Source: Octopus vulgaris
Taxonomy: Eukaryota
DNA length: 64,000 bases
Direction: 5' to 3'
Assembly: GCA_951406725.2 (NCBI GenBank)
Contig: OX597816.1
Location: 136,152,001-136,216,000 of the forward strand
Shown here piece after piece: positions 36,123 through 49,049 of this stretch (position 1 is its first letter; every line of letters starts with the position of its first letter). The notes beneath the pieces were generated by a model. It did no database searches. It was not told the DNA's origin and saw only the letters and a program-made list of their open reading frames with translations. The position numbers and the translations under genes are program-made.

Positions 36123-38920
36123 AAATGAGTTACTGTGAACTGGTTGAGGGAATAGACTTGAGTTCCAGTATATATGTTAATCAAATCTAAGTAGTATGCT
36201 TTATGCTAGGTATCTCATTTAACTAAGAAATAGATAGAAGCTCTTGTTATTATTTATGTTTTACGAACATGAAAATAACTAATAAGTTAGTGTGGAGAGG
36301 GAATAGCATAATTAGGAAATTAGATATCCAAATTAAGTATATGATTTATAAAAGTAGTTATTGCAGGCACAGATGTGGCTGTGTGGTTAGATGTTTGCTT
36401 CCCAACTACATAGTTTCAGGTTCATTACCACAGCGTGGGACCTTTGGGAAGTGTCTTCTATTGCACCAGGCTGGTCAAAGCTTTGTGAGTGGATTTGGTA
36501 AACGGAAACTGAAATAAGCTTATGTATATTTATTTATTAACGTTTCACATACACAGTGTTTTGTTTGTATGGCCATTAGCTGCGGGATAGCATCCTGGGA
36601 AATGTCCCTTTATGATGCTGAGTGTTTAAAAAAAAGCCTCACTTCGTTTTCAGTCTTTTGTGAAACATGTCTGGCCATGGGGAAATATTACCTTAATTCT
36701 AAACAGTTAAGGGTTGGCAACAGAAAGGGCATCTGATTTGAAAATCCACCTCAATAAATTCCATCCAGCTAATGTGAGCATGGAAAAGTAGATGTTAAAA
36801 TGATGATGATGCTTATGGGTTACTTTGCATCAGCTACAAAATGGAATTGATACCAGGCATGGCTGTATGATAAGAAGCTTGCTTCTCAACCACATAGTTC
36901 CAGATCCAGTCCTTCTTGGGCAAGTGTCTTCTAATGTATCCTTGAGCCAACCTTGTGTGTGGATTTGTTAGATGGAAACTGAAAGAAGTTTGTTTTATAT
37001 ATATGTATATATATCATCATCATCATTTAATGTCCATTGTCCATGGGTTGGAGAGTTTGACCAGGGCTGGTAAGCTAAGATTTGCACCAGACGCCAGTCT
37101 GACTTGGCATGGTTTCGATGGCTGGATACCTTTCCTAATGCCAACCACTCCGAGAGTGTAATGGGTGCTTTTACCTGCCACAGGCACGGCTACCAGTTGT
37201 ATGACACCATTATCTGCCACGACTACAAGTTCACTTGGCTTGATGGGTCTTCTACTCAAGCATGGCATATTGCCAAAGGTCATTTGTCATTGCCTCCACA
37301 AGGCCCTATGCTTGAAAGGTGCATTTTATGTGCCTGTTATATGACACTGGCATCAACACATGTATGGGTGTGTATCTATTTGTGCCCCACTACTGCTTGA
37401 TAGCTGCTGCTGCTGGTGTGTCTGTGTCTCCGTAACATAGCAGTTAAGTAAAAAAAAAAGACCAATAAAATCAGTACCAGGCTTTAAAAACATATGTACT
37501 GGGGTCAATTCATTCTACTAAAAAAGTGGTGCCCCAGCATGGCCGTAGTCTAATAACTGAAACAAATAAAAGATTAAAGAAAGATTCATTTTGGTGTAGA
37601 GAGAGACAAGTTACTCTGCTAAAAGTGAAATTGTTTGATTTGTAACTATTGGTTTGGACTAAATCATGTACCTGTTTATAACAGAAGAGGCAGATAGTAT
37701 GGATAGACCTAAAAAAAAAACTTCTTTGAAATGATAGTCAAGTAGATATGCATCATTCTGTATAGTAATACCCTTTATTGAATGCATTTGCTGCTTGATG
37801 GAAGCTGACCTGACAGAAGATATTCAAGACATGACAATCCCATCTTTTATTGGTATCTACGACTACATTATCTAATATGTTTCTTTAAAAATGATAGGTT
37901 ATGATTTGTGGTGAACTTTAACTGCTATTTCTAGCAAGTCAAGTGACAGTGTAGAGATTTCGCCACTAGATCTAGCTCAATCTATCTTTAGTACTTGGTA
38001 ATAGACTATACTTAATCTTTCAGTTTTAATCCTTTGATATTTCTGCTCAAGTTTAACTGCCATACAAAATCCTTTGTTTTATCCATCATATAGTGAAGGT
38101 ACATGGCCTAATGGTTTGGGTGTTTCACTTATGATCATAAGGTTGTAGGTTCAATTCTTCGACCAGGCAGTGTATTGTGCCTTAGAACAAGGCATTTCAT
38201 TCCACATTATTCCTGTCTGTTCAGTTGTACATGAATACTAGTCAGGTGCTGGTGCAGCTCTCTTTACCTTCATATCTCACATCTTAAATATACCATGGAG
38301 TCATAAGCACCTAAGATAATAAGTGAAAGCATAATACTACTTACAAAGCTAGACTCAGTCATGAGTGATGGATGGCTCTACAACCAGCTTATTTTGGAAA
38401 CATTGAGCAAATTTTTGTGTTGTCCATCACTAGTTTCCTTGGACAATATACTACAGTGTATAGACGCAGGCATGGCTGTATGGTGAAGAAGTTAACTTCC
38501 CAAGCACATGTTTTTGGGTTCAGCCCTAATGCATTGCCCCCAGGGAAAATATCTTCAGCAGTCTCAGGCTATCCAAGGCCTTGTGAATGGATTTGGTAGA
38601 TGGGAAACTGAAAAAAGCCCATCGTGTGTTTTTGTGTTGCCTTGCTTTGGCATAGTGTGATTGTTATTTGTTTCCAATATTCTGTGAAAATATGTTTGAC
38701 CTTGGGGAAAGATTACTTTTCTTGCAAACAAACAGTTAAGTGTTGGCAACAGGAAGGGTATCTGGCCTCAGAAAATCTGCCTCTATTACACTTTGTTTGA
38801 CCCATGGAAGCATGGAAAAACGGACATTAAAATGATGGTGATTGATAATTATTTCTGCAGATGTTTTATTTTTATTGTTTATCCTCGAAATTTAAATATC
38901 ATTTTCCAATTTTTTTACAG

Positions 38921-38959
38921 CTTCCAGAAACACTAACAGTTATTCCAAGAGAAAAGCCT
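38921..38959 (+). CDS. RRS1: RRS1 exon 4, 39 nt (LPETLTVIPREKP)
   Basis: Acceptor ttttttacag|, donor CCT|GTAAGT; conserved LP...T..PREKP motif. Confidence 0.95.
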
Positions 38960-39156
38960 GTAAGTAAACTAAATATATTTCAACTCCTTACTGCTACTGC
39001 TTTTGTCATAGAACAGCTATAAATTTAGATATTTCCATTTGCTGATTCATTGTTTATTTGGTTTAATAAGTGTATAATAAATGATTTAACATTTTTTTTA
39101 TTACATCAGAACCAATGCCTTACTTACAGAATGATTATTAATTGAAATTATCAAGT

Positions 39157-39565
39157 AGGCACAGGTGTAGCTGTGTGAGAAGAAGCTTGGTTTCCAACCA
39201 CATGGTTCTGGATTCAGCCTCACTTTGTGGCAACTTGGGCAAGTGTCTTCTACCATAGCCTCGGGCTGACAAAGCCTTGTGAGTAGATTTGGTAGGCAGA
39301 AACTGAAAGAAACCCATTATATATCTGTATATATATATATTAATGTGCGTGTGTTTGTATGTGTTTGTCCTGCACCACTGCTTGACAACTGGTGTTGGTG
39401 TGTTTACGTCCCTGTAGTCTAGTGGTTTGGCAAAACAGATCCAATAGGATAAGTACTAGACTTTAAAAAAAAAAGTCCTGGGCTCAATTTGTTTGACTTA
39501 AACCCTTCAAAGGCTGTGCCCTAGCATGGCCACTGTCAAATGACTGAAACCAGTAAAAGATGAAA
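39157..39565 (+). mobile_element. CORE-type tRNA SINE copy
   Basis: Same family structure as 48398-48783. Confidence 0.8.
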
Positions 39566-40689
39566 GATTGAAACATAAATTATTCTAATCAAATTAATAT
39601 AAAGTTGTCTGTGTTCAGGCGTTGCTATGCAGGTAAGAAGCTTGCTTCCCATCATGTGGTTTTGGGTTCAGTCCCAATGTATGGCACCATAAGTGTCTTC
39701 TGTTATAGCCTGAGGCTGTTCAAGGCCTTATGAGTTGATTTGGTAGATGGAAAGTAAAAGATCATCTTGTGTGTGTGTGTAACATATTTAGTTACCTTCC
39801 TTTAGTGATGTAAATAACAGATTTTGAACACTATTTACACAGATGTATGCAGATGCACATATGATGGACACACTTTCCATTTTGCTAAATGTCAATCATA
39901 AGGCATTTGTCAACCCTATGCCTTATAGAAGGAAAATAGTATTAGTTGATAGCTAACGTTTTAGTAAGCTTGTATATATGTATTAAGGCATCACATTGAA
40001 GCACAGCGTTTTATAAACTTGATGTGTTTGAGTGAATTGCTGGTTAAAATTAAATTTTACACATTTGTAGTGTAAGAAAATTAAATAAAATATATATGGA
40101 ATGTCAGACACATAATTGGATGGTTAAGTAAGTGAAAACAATTAATAAAATACAACATTAAAGACTAAAATATATTTAGGAATACAATATAAAGTCACTT
40201 TTTATGTTTTATGAACTACAGGTTTACTTTGTTGGAAATATAAGCTAAGAGACAGTTTCAACATCCACTCTGGTTTGTTGCTTTATTTTTTATATGCCTC
40301 TGTGGCAAATACAAGCTAAATTCTGGATGTATGGTAATATAAAGTCAATCTGGAAAAATGTGCACACATTAAGCATTTGGCTGAGAATAATATAGGGGTT
40401 GGCTTCAAGTAATTTATTTCATCAAATCAAAAAGCAAAGAATACTGTAGAGACTGGATTGTAACTATAGGCCATTCTGGCAGAATTGATTCATCTCTATT
40501 GTAGCTTCCCCTATTTCAAATCAAGCGAAATGGAGTGTCAGTCACTCTGGTTATTTTACAGTTTGATATTCAATCCTTTAGCAAACTTAAAATGTAATAT
40601 TATATCTAAATATTTCTGATTATGATATAGTTATGCTAGTTTTTCTTGATTTGATATATAATCTACTGAATTTTCATTTATTTTAACAG

Positions 40690-40791
40690 GCACCAAAACC
40701 CAAACCCCTAACAAAATGGGAACAGTTTGCTAAAGTGAAAGGAATTACAAAGAAGAAGAAGAGTCGAATGGTGTGGGATGATGTAGCAAAG
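40690..40791 (+). CDS. RRS1: RRS1 exon 5 ([34 protein letters not shown])
   Basis: Acceptor ttttaacag|, donor AAG|GTTTGT; hallmark [21 protein letters not shown] motif. Confidence 0.97.
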
Positions 40792-41506
40792 GTTTGTTCT
40801 TGAACTTATTCACTATTTTCAATTAGTATATTTTAGTTAATTCTAACACATGTAATACCAGTTGTTTGGTAACTAAATTAGTTGTTATAAAAGTTCATAT
40901 TGCTGCTTCATACTTATTAAGATTGTTTGTATAAATTTTGAAGTAAACAAGTAAAGCTATCTTATTATATAAAATAATTTGGATCTATGATTTGTGTAAA
41001 CCCTCTATGTCCATTGCATCACTTTGAGTACAGCTTGTTACTGAATTTATATTTCTTGTATCTGCTAACAAAGGTAACTGATGATTGCCTTGAGACATTA
41101 TGAGACGAAAGATTATTTTAATTTTTACATTTCACGTTTTCCATAGTCTCTCTCATAGGATTAGTTGATTTATAAATTTAAATATTTCTATGGACTTCCT
41201 GTTTTGAAGCCAGTGTCGATCAAGAAATTAACTGTTTAAACAAACACATTTGGGATTTATATAGTATTATAAGTGATCTTAAATACATTACTCTCTAATC
41301 TCTCTATGCTTGAGACAAACTGTGTAAAACCTGTGTAAGAAATGAGAGGTTGCAAGGCTGTGTGTGAGGCAAGGTTATTGAATGGGGAAAATTTGTAAAG
41401 CTGGAAAGAAACCAGTCAAATATAATATGGAAACATTGCATGAAAGATCTGAGAAAAGTGACTTGTATTGAAGGTATCACTTTATGTACATAGGGGTGGG
41501 GGATTG

Positions 41507-41829
41507 TGAAGTGAAAACCCTCTTCGGTCACGAATGACCATGGGATTGCACCTGGAAAGTTAACCTTCTGAGGCACAAGTCCAAGCAAGGTTGTTTATGG
41601 AAGACCAGCAGTCGCCCATGCATACCAGCCTCCCCTCTCCATGCCACTGATGTTATCCAAGGGAAGGGCAAAGGCTGATACAGCTTGGCATCTGTGACAT
41701 TGCAACTCATTTCTACTGCTGAATGAACTGGAGCAATGTGAAATAAAGTGTCTTGCTCAAGAATATAACACAGAGCCCAGTCTGGGAATCGAACTCACTA
41801 CCTTATGATTGTGAGTCCGATGCTCTAAC
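41507..41829 (-). mobile_element. tRNA-derived SINE, distinct family
   Basis: Minus strand begins tgaaggcacatagctcaatggttagagc (A box) ... gagttcgattcc (B box) ... cttgagcaagacacttta (CORE-like). Confidence 0.75.
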
Positions 41830-42617
41830 CATTGAGCTATGTGCCTTCATAGTGGAGGACTATCAGTATGGATAATCTTATTGCTGAATGAAAATGTATC
41901 CTGAGTGGAGGAAGTAATTGCGAACAGAAGTTGACTAAGAAAAACCTAAGAAGAAATGGTGAGGTTCAGTTTCAAGATGTTAATCCCCATGTTTGACACC
42001 ATTACATTTTTGATACCAACCTGACTAATATCACTCTTGGTTCTAGGATACAAACTTTCTTTTCAAGTAATATAAATTAAAACCTTTCAGCAAATTTCCA
42101 TATTAATTCATATTCTAAACATGCCAGTCCTCATAAAAAAATACTTGTTCTGGTCCACGTTTGAAACATCCATGCCAGTCCACATAAAAAGCATCCAACT
42201 CACACTGTAAAGTGAGTGGCGTTAGGAAGGGCATCCAGCCATAGAAACCAAGCCAAATTAGGCTGGAATCTGGTACAGCTCCCCAGCATGCCAGCTCTGG
42301 TTAAACTGTCCAGTCAATGCCAGCATAGAAAATGGACATTAAATGATGATGATGCTGATACCTACAAAATTATTTTACAAGTTTCTTCATTCTTTTCAAA
42401 ATAAATTTAAACAAAGGTAGTGTGTTTCAACAAATATTCTAGCTAAAAGGTTAAGGTGATGATAACATGCTGTACTTCACACAAATGCAACTCCTATCAA
42501 CATAGAAAAATGGGTATTAAATCAATATCTGTACTCATTACCCATCACTTTTGATAGTATATTGCAGTAAAAAAAATTTTGATAAAATTTCCTTTTTACT
42601 TTATCTGTATCTTCCAG

Positions 42618-42696
42618 GATTGGCGTCCTCGTTGGGGTTATAAAAGAGCTAATGATGATACAAAAGACTGGTGTATTGAAGTTCCTACTAATGCTG
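42618..42696 (+). CDS. RRS1: RRS1 exon 6 (DWRPRWGYKRANDDTKDWCIEVPTNA)
   Basis: Acceptor cttccag|, donor G|GTGAGT; lies inside ORF 42579..42785; conserved W.PRWGYKR..D....W.IEVP. Confidence 0.97.
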
Positions 42697-43270
42697 GTGA
42701 GTTTCAAGTAAATATTTCTGGTCTATTTCTTTACTGTGGTTGTAAAGAAATTATCCAAGTACAAAATTCTCCATGTCATCATTAATGACCACTTCTGTTC
42801 ATAGTCAGGTGACCACTTTATTATTAACCAGTTGTTAATTCTATTCAATGAAATGGCTAATTAACAGCCCAGTGTTTATTAGCACACTCTCAGACAAAGA
42901 ACAGGTGAATTAGTTCATCATTTTTGATTATCGTAAGTTGTTGATTAGTGATGTTTATTTGATTTTGTAAACTGGAAGTGAAAATTATATGGAGTGCTGA
43001 ATCAAGAAGACCTTAGATTTGAAACAGCTTTAATTGGAGAATTAAAAATAGCTTTCAAAATATAATTTTATTGCTAATTGATATATCTTTACCAAACTTG
43101 TAAAAGAGATTTATTGCCTCATTAGTGTACATTTAAATTTCTACTGTTAATTAACCCTTTAACATTTAAACTGGCCATATCTGGTCCAAATGTTCTACTT
43201 GTTTAGGTTGCATGCATACTCTGCAATGTCGTTCTAAAAATAATCATTCACATCATCAAAATCTTGAAGC

Positions 43271-44100
43271 AAGCATGACCTTCGAACATTAGGTCTCACC
43301 ATGGAAATGACCAGAGACCGAGACCTATGGAAGTATGCTGTGCGTGAGAAGACCCGGCAAGACTAGTGAAGCCATAACCCGTGGCCCCTACCTGGGACGT
43401 AGTCAGTCCGCCTGTGCATACCTTCCTGCTTGTGACACTTGTGAAGACCTGTTGAGGCAAATCAAATCAAAGTCAAATCGAATCAAGTCAAACCAAATCA
43501 AAATAGATGAACATCAATGGAATTTGTATCCTTGTGGTACCAGTGCCGGTGGCACATGAGAAAACCATCCGAACGGGACCGTAGCCAGTACCGCATCGAC
43601 TGGCCTCCGTGCTGTGGGCACGTAACAAACACCGTCCGAGCGTGGCCGTCTGCCAGCCTCGTCTGGCACCTGTGTCGGTGGCACATAAAAACACCATCCG
43701 AGTGTGGGCGTCTGCCAGCCTCGTCTGGCACCTGTGTTGGTGGCACATAAAAACACCATCCGAGCGTGGCTGTCTGCCAGCCTCGTCTGGCACCTGTGTC
43801 GGTGGCACATAAAAACACCATCCGAGCGTGGCCGTCTGCCAGCCTCGTCTGGCACCTGTGTCGGTGGCACATAAAAACACCATCCGAGCGTGGCCGTTCG
43901 CCAGCCTCGTCTGGCACCTGTGTCGGTGGCACATAAAATCACCCACTACACTCTCGGAGTGGTTGGCGTTAGGAAGGGCATCCAGCTGTAGAAACACTGC
44001 CAGATCTGACTGGCCTGGTGCAGCCTTCGGGCTCCCCAGACCCCTGTTGAACCGTCCAACCCATGCTAGCATGGAAAGCGGACGTTAAACGATGATGATG
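43271..44100 (+). mobile_element. RTE 3' fragment with five near-identical 62-bp tandem units (43628-43937), nested in a piggyBac MITE
   Basis: ORF2 end KHDLRTLGLTMEMTRDRDLWKYAVREKTRQD*, (AAATC)n, array, tail; MITE ends at ~43151 and ~44144. Confidence 0.92.
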
Positions 44101-44290
44101 AATTCAAACAATATAACAGAGAAATCTCAATACTAAAGGGTTAAAAAACTTGCTGAACTTACTGCTTCTTCCTGAGATTCTTGTCTTAACACTTTAGTCT
44201 TCAGATTACTCTGTCAAATGTAATTTTTTTTATTCAAATTGATTTGAATTAATCATGCATTATCTTATAGCTTTGAGGTTTCGGTAATAT

Positions 44291-44695
44291 TCTTTTATTT
44301 GTTTCAGTCATTTGACTGCGACCATGCTGGAGCACTCACTGCTTTTAGTCGAGCAAATTGATCCCCAGGACTTATTCTTTATAAGCCTAGTACTTATTCT
44401 ATCGGTTTCTCTTGCCGAACTGCTAAGTGACAGAGACATAAACACACCAGCATCGGTTGTCAAGCGATGTTGGGGGGGACAAATACAGACACACAAACAT
44501 ACACACACACACACACACATATAATATATATATGATGGCCTTCTTTCAGTTTCTGACTACCAAATCCACCCACAAGGCTTTGGTCAGCCCTAGGCTATAG
44601 TAGAAGACACTTGCGCAAGGTTCCACGCAGTGGGACTGAACCCAGAACCATGTGGTTGGTAAGCAAGCTACTTACCACACAGCCACTCCTGTGCC
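44291..44695 (-). mobile_element. CORE-type SINE nested in a piggyBac MITE
   Basis: Reverse complement of the 48398 family; MITE halves at 44186-44290 and 44700-44828. Confidence 0.8.
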
Positions 44696-44934
44696 TATAT
44701 TGATGTGATTATTTATTTTTAAAATGTTAGTGTAGGTTAGGTGTAAGAAGTTAGATACAGCCAGTTTGAATGTAAAACATGTAGAATATTCGAGCCAGAT
44801 CTGGCTGGTTTAGATGCTAAAGGGTTAAATGAATCCAGCTTGTGAAATAAAGGAGCTGTTGTAAAAGAATTAACTCACTCGTTTTATTCTTGATTTCAGT
44901 TGTTTGAAATTTATTTCTATTTTGGTATTTTTAG

Positions 44935-45042
44935 ATCCTAATGAAGATCAGTTTGCAAAGAGAAAAGCTGCCAAAAAGGAACGTGTTGCTAAGAATGAGC
45001 TGAAAAGATTGCGGAACATTGCAAGAGCCCAAAAACTAAAAG
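44935..45042 (+). CDS. RRS1: RRS1 exon 7 (DPNEDQFAKRKAAKKERVAKNELKRLRNIARAQKLK)
   Basis: Acceptor tttttag|, donor AAG|GTATTT; inside ORF 44904..45101; conserved DP.EDQF...KKERVAKNEL.RLRN.AR. Confidence 0.97.
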
Positions 45043-47703
45043 GTATTTTGAGAATTAACTGTTTTGATAACAAATTGATGATATTGGTAAATTGTTTATG
45101 AGTTGAACTAAATCCTTAGTGTTTATAATTAAAGAGTGTTAGTGATTCAGTGAAATCATTAAGAAAGTCTGTATGTGATTGCTTGATGTACTTAGCAGCT
45201 ACATCTCCCTCAAATCACGCACCAGTGTCTTAAGTAAGGTAAGTAAATTACATAGATAAGTAAATTATGTAGTCCTAGATAGCACTAAAATGAGGGATGG
45301 TCCTGCCTGGAATGATTCTCAATTAGATTACTATGGGATTAACAACACTGCTTTGCCATAGTCCGACACTTAATTGGCACAGTTAATCTGACTGTAAACA
45401 AGTACCATGAGGTAGAATTATATTTCATAATTTGTAAAGAAACTTTGTTTAAGTAATAGATAATTTCACTAACTTGCTAGTGATGAGTTCTAATTCTCCC
45501 ATGGATTTATCGACAACCTTGATGTATTGTTACTGAGGATATCTTGAAGACAAAATTCTCCATCCCATTGATAACTGGTGAATTACAGTGTAAAAAGAAA
45601 AAAATTGCTATTGCACTACTGTCATGCTGTGTAATTTTTTTGTATTAAGCAAAAGTTTGGATATAAGAATCAGATGTAAGCAAGAAAGTAGACAAAGCTG
45701 TGCTGGATTGAACAGCTAACGTATAAGGATTATAGCAGTTGAATAAAGAAATATTAGGAGATCCAGGTAGAAGGAAGTGGCAGAAGTGATGAAAGTTGAT
45801 CTGAGGATGCTGGACCTCACTAAAGAGAAGACATAAGAATGCAACAAGTGGTAAGATATTGGAGAGGATACAACTAACCCATACAAACATGGTAAAATGG
45901 ATGTAAATATATATGAAACATGAGCTTGTGATTGTATTAATAAATAATCCTGTATCCTATGTATTGTAGATGTAATGTTGACTCTTGACTTACTTCCCCT
46001 TGCAATCTCATCTGCCTGAATGGCAGACTATCCTATCTACTCACTTGGTAACTGAAATAGAGTTTTAAGACATTCACAAAGAAACTTTTCACCCTCATTC
46101 AATTTTATTGAAATTCGTATGAAATTTATGGCAATAAATATAGTATGAATCATGTTTAAGATGGTGTAAAAATAATTTTATCTGCTTGAGGTTACAATAT
46201 ATCATCATACAATGTGAAACATTTTGAAGTGTTTAGTGAAAACAAATTGTGAAATAAAAAAAGAAGAGAACAATATTGAATCATCTGAATACATACAACA
46301 AACAGAAAAAACAAAATTTTAATAATGAGAAACATTAACAAGTTTTTTTACTGTACATACCTAGAAAATTTGTCATGGCAAGATTGAATACAACCAAATT
46401 CTGCACAAATTTTGTAGGTACTTTCTTTTTTCTTCATATCACTAGGCTGGCTGTGTGTTTCCACTATTTTCCCCTACATTTAGTTTAGATGTGAAATTTA
46501 CATCAAGCGGATAAATTTGTTTCATCTGAAACTGTTGTTGACTTTGTTTTTATCATGTCACAGTTTGTGATAGTAAAAGATCCTCACTCAAATATTTATA
46601 CAGTAACAATATGAACATTAAAAAATATGTGCCAATAACAGTTTCAGTAACTTTTTATACTCTAACTCGATGACTTTCTTACATAAGCTCTTTACTCCCT
46701 ATAGAGCATAAGGCATTGATGACGTTTCTCATCTGTCCTTGACTCTAGGTTGTCTTTCTTCTCCCAGGTCTTGTTGGTTTTGAATTGTCTTTGATGCTTC
46801 TGTAACTTCTGTGCAAAACCTGTGTAAGGAATGAGAGGTCCTATTTTTACTTCTGAGAAAAGGTGGTCTATGTCATCTTTTGTCCTGTCCAGCTTGGGAC
46901 CTCTACCAGGCATTTACTGGCATTCTCAGGGTCATTGAGGCACACAAACTAACATAATGAAAGGCTGAGCCTTCTGGTGAATAATTTTAAAAGCTAGTTA
47001 GTAAAATCTACCTTTTACATTTGTTATCAATTTTGGGCAAATAACATCAAGCTACCCCAATTTGGCTGCAATCTGGGCTGAAGCTGATAATAGAAAAGCT
47101 TCTTTATGTTTGATGACATTTTACTCCTCTTTGGTGATAAGAATATATAATGTGTCATTTCTTTCTCCAAATTGTGGTTTTGTTTTGTTTGTTCATTTGT
47201 TTTCTTCTACTTGTCTACAATGTTAGTTGTTCCATTATTTCAGGCCATCAAAATCTTGTCATGTGCTCATTTTCATAGCTACCTTTTCAATATTAGTGGC
47301 AGGACACTTTAAATTTCTGTTATTGTTAATCCAGCCTTTCTTTAGATGTAGATGTCGAAATAAATTCATCACTGAAGCAAGTAAACTTATCAAAATAATT
47401 AACTTTGTGATAGATTGTAGAAGCCTTAGAAAGGGAAATAGGTAAGAAATAAAGCTTATCATCATTCCAAAAAGAAAGTACTTTCAGTATTGATGATCTG
47501 AACTTTCCAATAAGTTCTTCAAAGCTTGCATGAATGGGTATTGGGATTTTTTTAGTGACAAATATGTTGGCACATAATTAAATATATTTGAAATTTAGCA
47601 ACAATTTAAAATCTTTTTGAGACGTCTTTTTTCTCTTTTTTTTTTCTGTATAATTTATAAATTCTTTCTTTTAATCATTATGTTTTTTTTTTTGCTTCTT
47701 CAG

Positions 47704-47855
47704 TTTCTGAACTCCATACACCTGCCCAAGTTGAGAAAAAACAGGATGTGAATCGCAAACTTGCACTTGCTAAGTATTCAACTGCTTCTGTAGGAAAATT
47801 TACTGAGACTTTACCAAATGAAAAACCTGCTAAAAATGTTGGAAAGAAAAGAAAG
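47704..47855 (+). CDS. RRS1: RRS1 exon 8 (VSELHTPAQVEKKQDVNRKLALAKYSTASVGKFTETLPNEKPAKNVGKKRK)
   Basis: Long polypyrimidine acceptor ...cttcttcag|, donor AAG|GTTTGT; conserved AK.STASVGKF...LP.EK....GKKRK. Confidence 0.96.
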
Positions 47856-48397
47856 GTTTGTTTTTAGATCTATCTCTCTCTTTCTCTCATCCTTTTGTTT
47901 ACTTGTTAGACACCACCCTTCACTGTTTCGTGGCTGATAAAATAAACCCTGCACAAAGTTTGCCTGTTTAATGATAAGAAACCATGTGTTTTGTAACTCT
48001 TCATTGCTATGTCTCCTAAACAAAAATGATCATAGATATATTCTTTTCTTCACTATATAGTAATTCATTAAAAGAAAATTTACTTGATAGTTCCTCTGTT
48101 TTAAAGTTCAAGAATTATGTAGGTATTTTGAAAGAAAGAAAATTTAAAGTAAAGAAAGATGCATTGTAATCTTAGTGGTGCAGACAAAGATGATGGTATA
48201 TATGGAGACAAGGATTGGGTAATATTAGTTATAGATGTATCAAGCAGTTGAGTGAGGTTTTCTTTTTCTTTTATGAATTTCAGAGAACACACTATTCCAG
48301 ATGTAGAATTGTGGGATCTTTTTCTGTTTGGTATATTGATGTAATTTTCCATGCTGAATCTGAAGTTGCTATTCTATTGTTTCTGAAAATTTTTAGA

Positions 48398-48783
48398 TAG
48401 GAGTGGCTGTGTGGTAAGTAGCTTGTCTACCAACCATATGGTTCTGGGTTCAGTCCCACTGCGTGGCACCTTGGGCAAGTGTCTTCTACTATAGCCTTGG
48501 GCCGACCAAAGCCTTGTGAGTGGATTTGGTAGACGGAAACTGAAAGAAGCCTGTCGTATATATGTATATATATATATGTGTTTGTGTGTCTGTGTTTGTC
48601 CCCTAGCATTGCTTGACAACCGATGCTGGTGTGTTTATGTCCCCGTTACTTAGCGATTTGGCAAAAGAAACCGATAGAATAAGTACTGGGCTTACAAAAG
48701 AATAAGTCCCGGGGTCGAGTTGCTTGATTAAAGGCGGTGCTCCAGCATGGCCGCAGTCAAATGACTGAAACAAGTAAAAAAGT
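48398..48783 (+). mobile_element. CORE-type tRNA SINE, near full length
   Basis: A-box-like tggctgtgtggtaag, B-box-like gggttcagtccc, accttgggcaagt, internal (TA)n, tail aatgactgaaacaagtaaaa; further copies at 56169-56500 (+) and 56763-57150 (-). Confidence 0.85.
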
Positions 48784-49049
48784 AAGATTTGGAAGCAGGT
48801 ATTTTGTGCATGATAACATCATCACAATGACAAAACATTCAATGATGGAGGTTTTAATGAATTTTTTTTTCTTTGCAAGACATGTAAACAATAGAAAAAG
48901 GAAAAAAAAACCCTCAGTGATTTTTTTTTTTAAACAAAAAATTACAGCCCCCCACAAAAAAAAAACAACTGAATGTTAAATTATGAAAAAACAAAGCTGT
49001 AGCTCATGTAAACAATACATATTTTGTGAAAATTCAAAAATGAAAGTTT

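Noticed and set aside
29152-38959. Exons 3 and 4 as mutually exclusive exons (both 39 nt, both start Leu-Pro)
   Set aside because: RRS1 homologues contain both segments in series (LPTE... then LP...PREKP), so both are needed.
43628-43937. CRISPR-like array (regular repeats with hairpins)
   Set aside because: The 'spacers' are near-identical, there are no cas genes, the context is eukaryotic, and the array is part of a LINE 3' UTR.
45480-45536. C/D snoRNA candidate (GTGATGA...TGTATTGTTA-CTGA, 10-nt complement to 18S UAACAAUACA)
   Set aside because: Only 57 nt, no terminal stem, short AT-rich guide, and the same TGATGTATTGTTA string recurs near 31442; likely chance, though a snoscan run would settle it.
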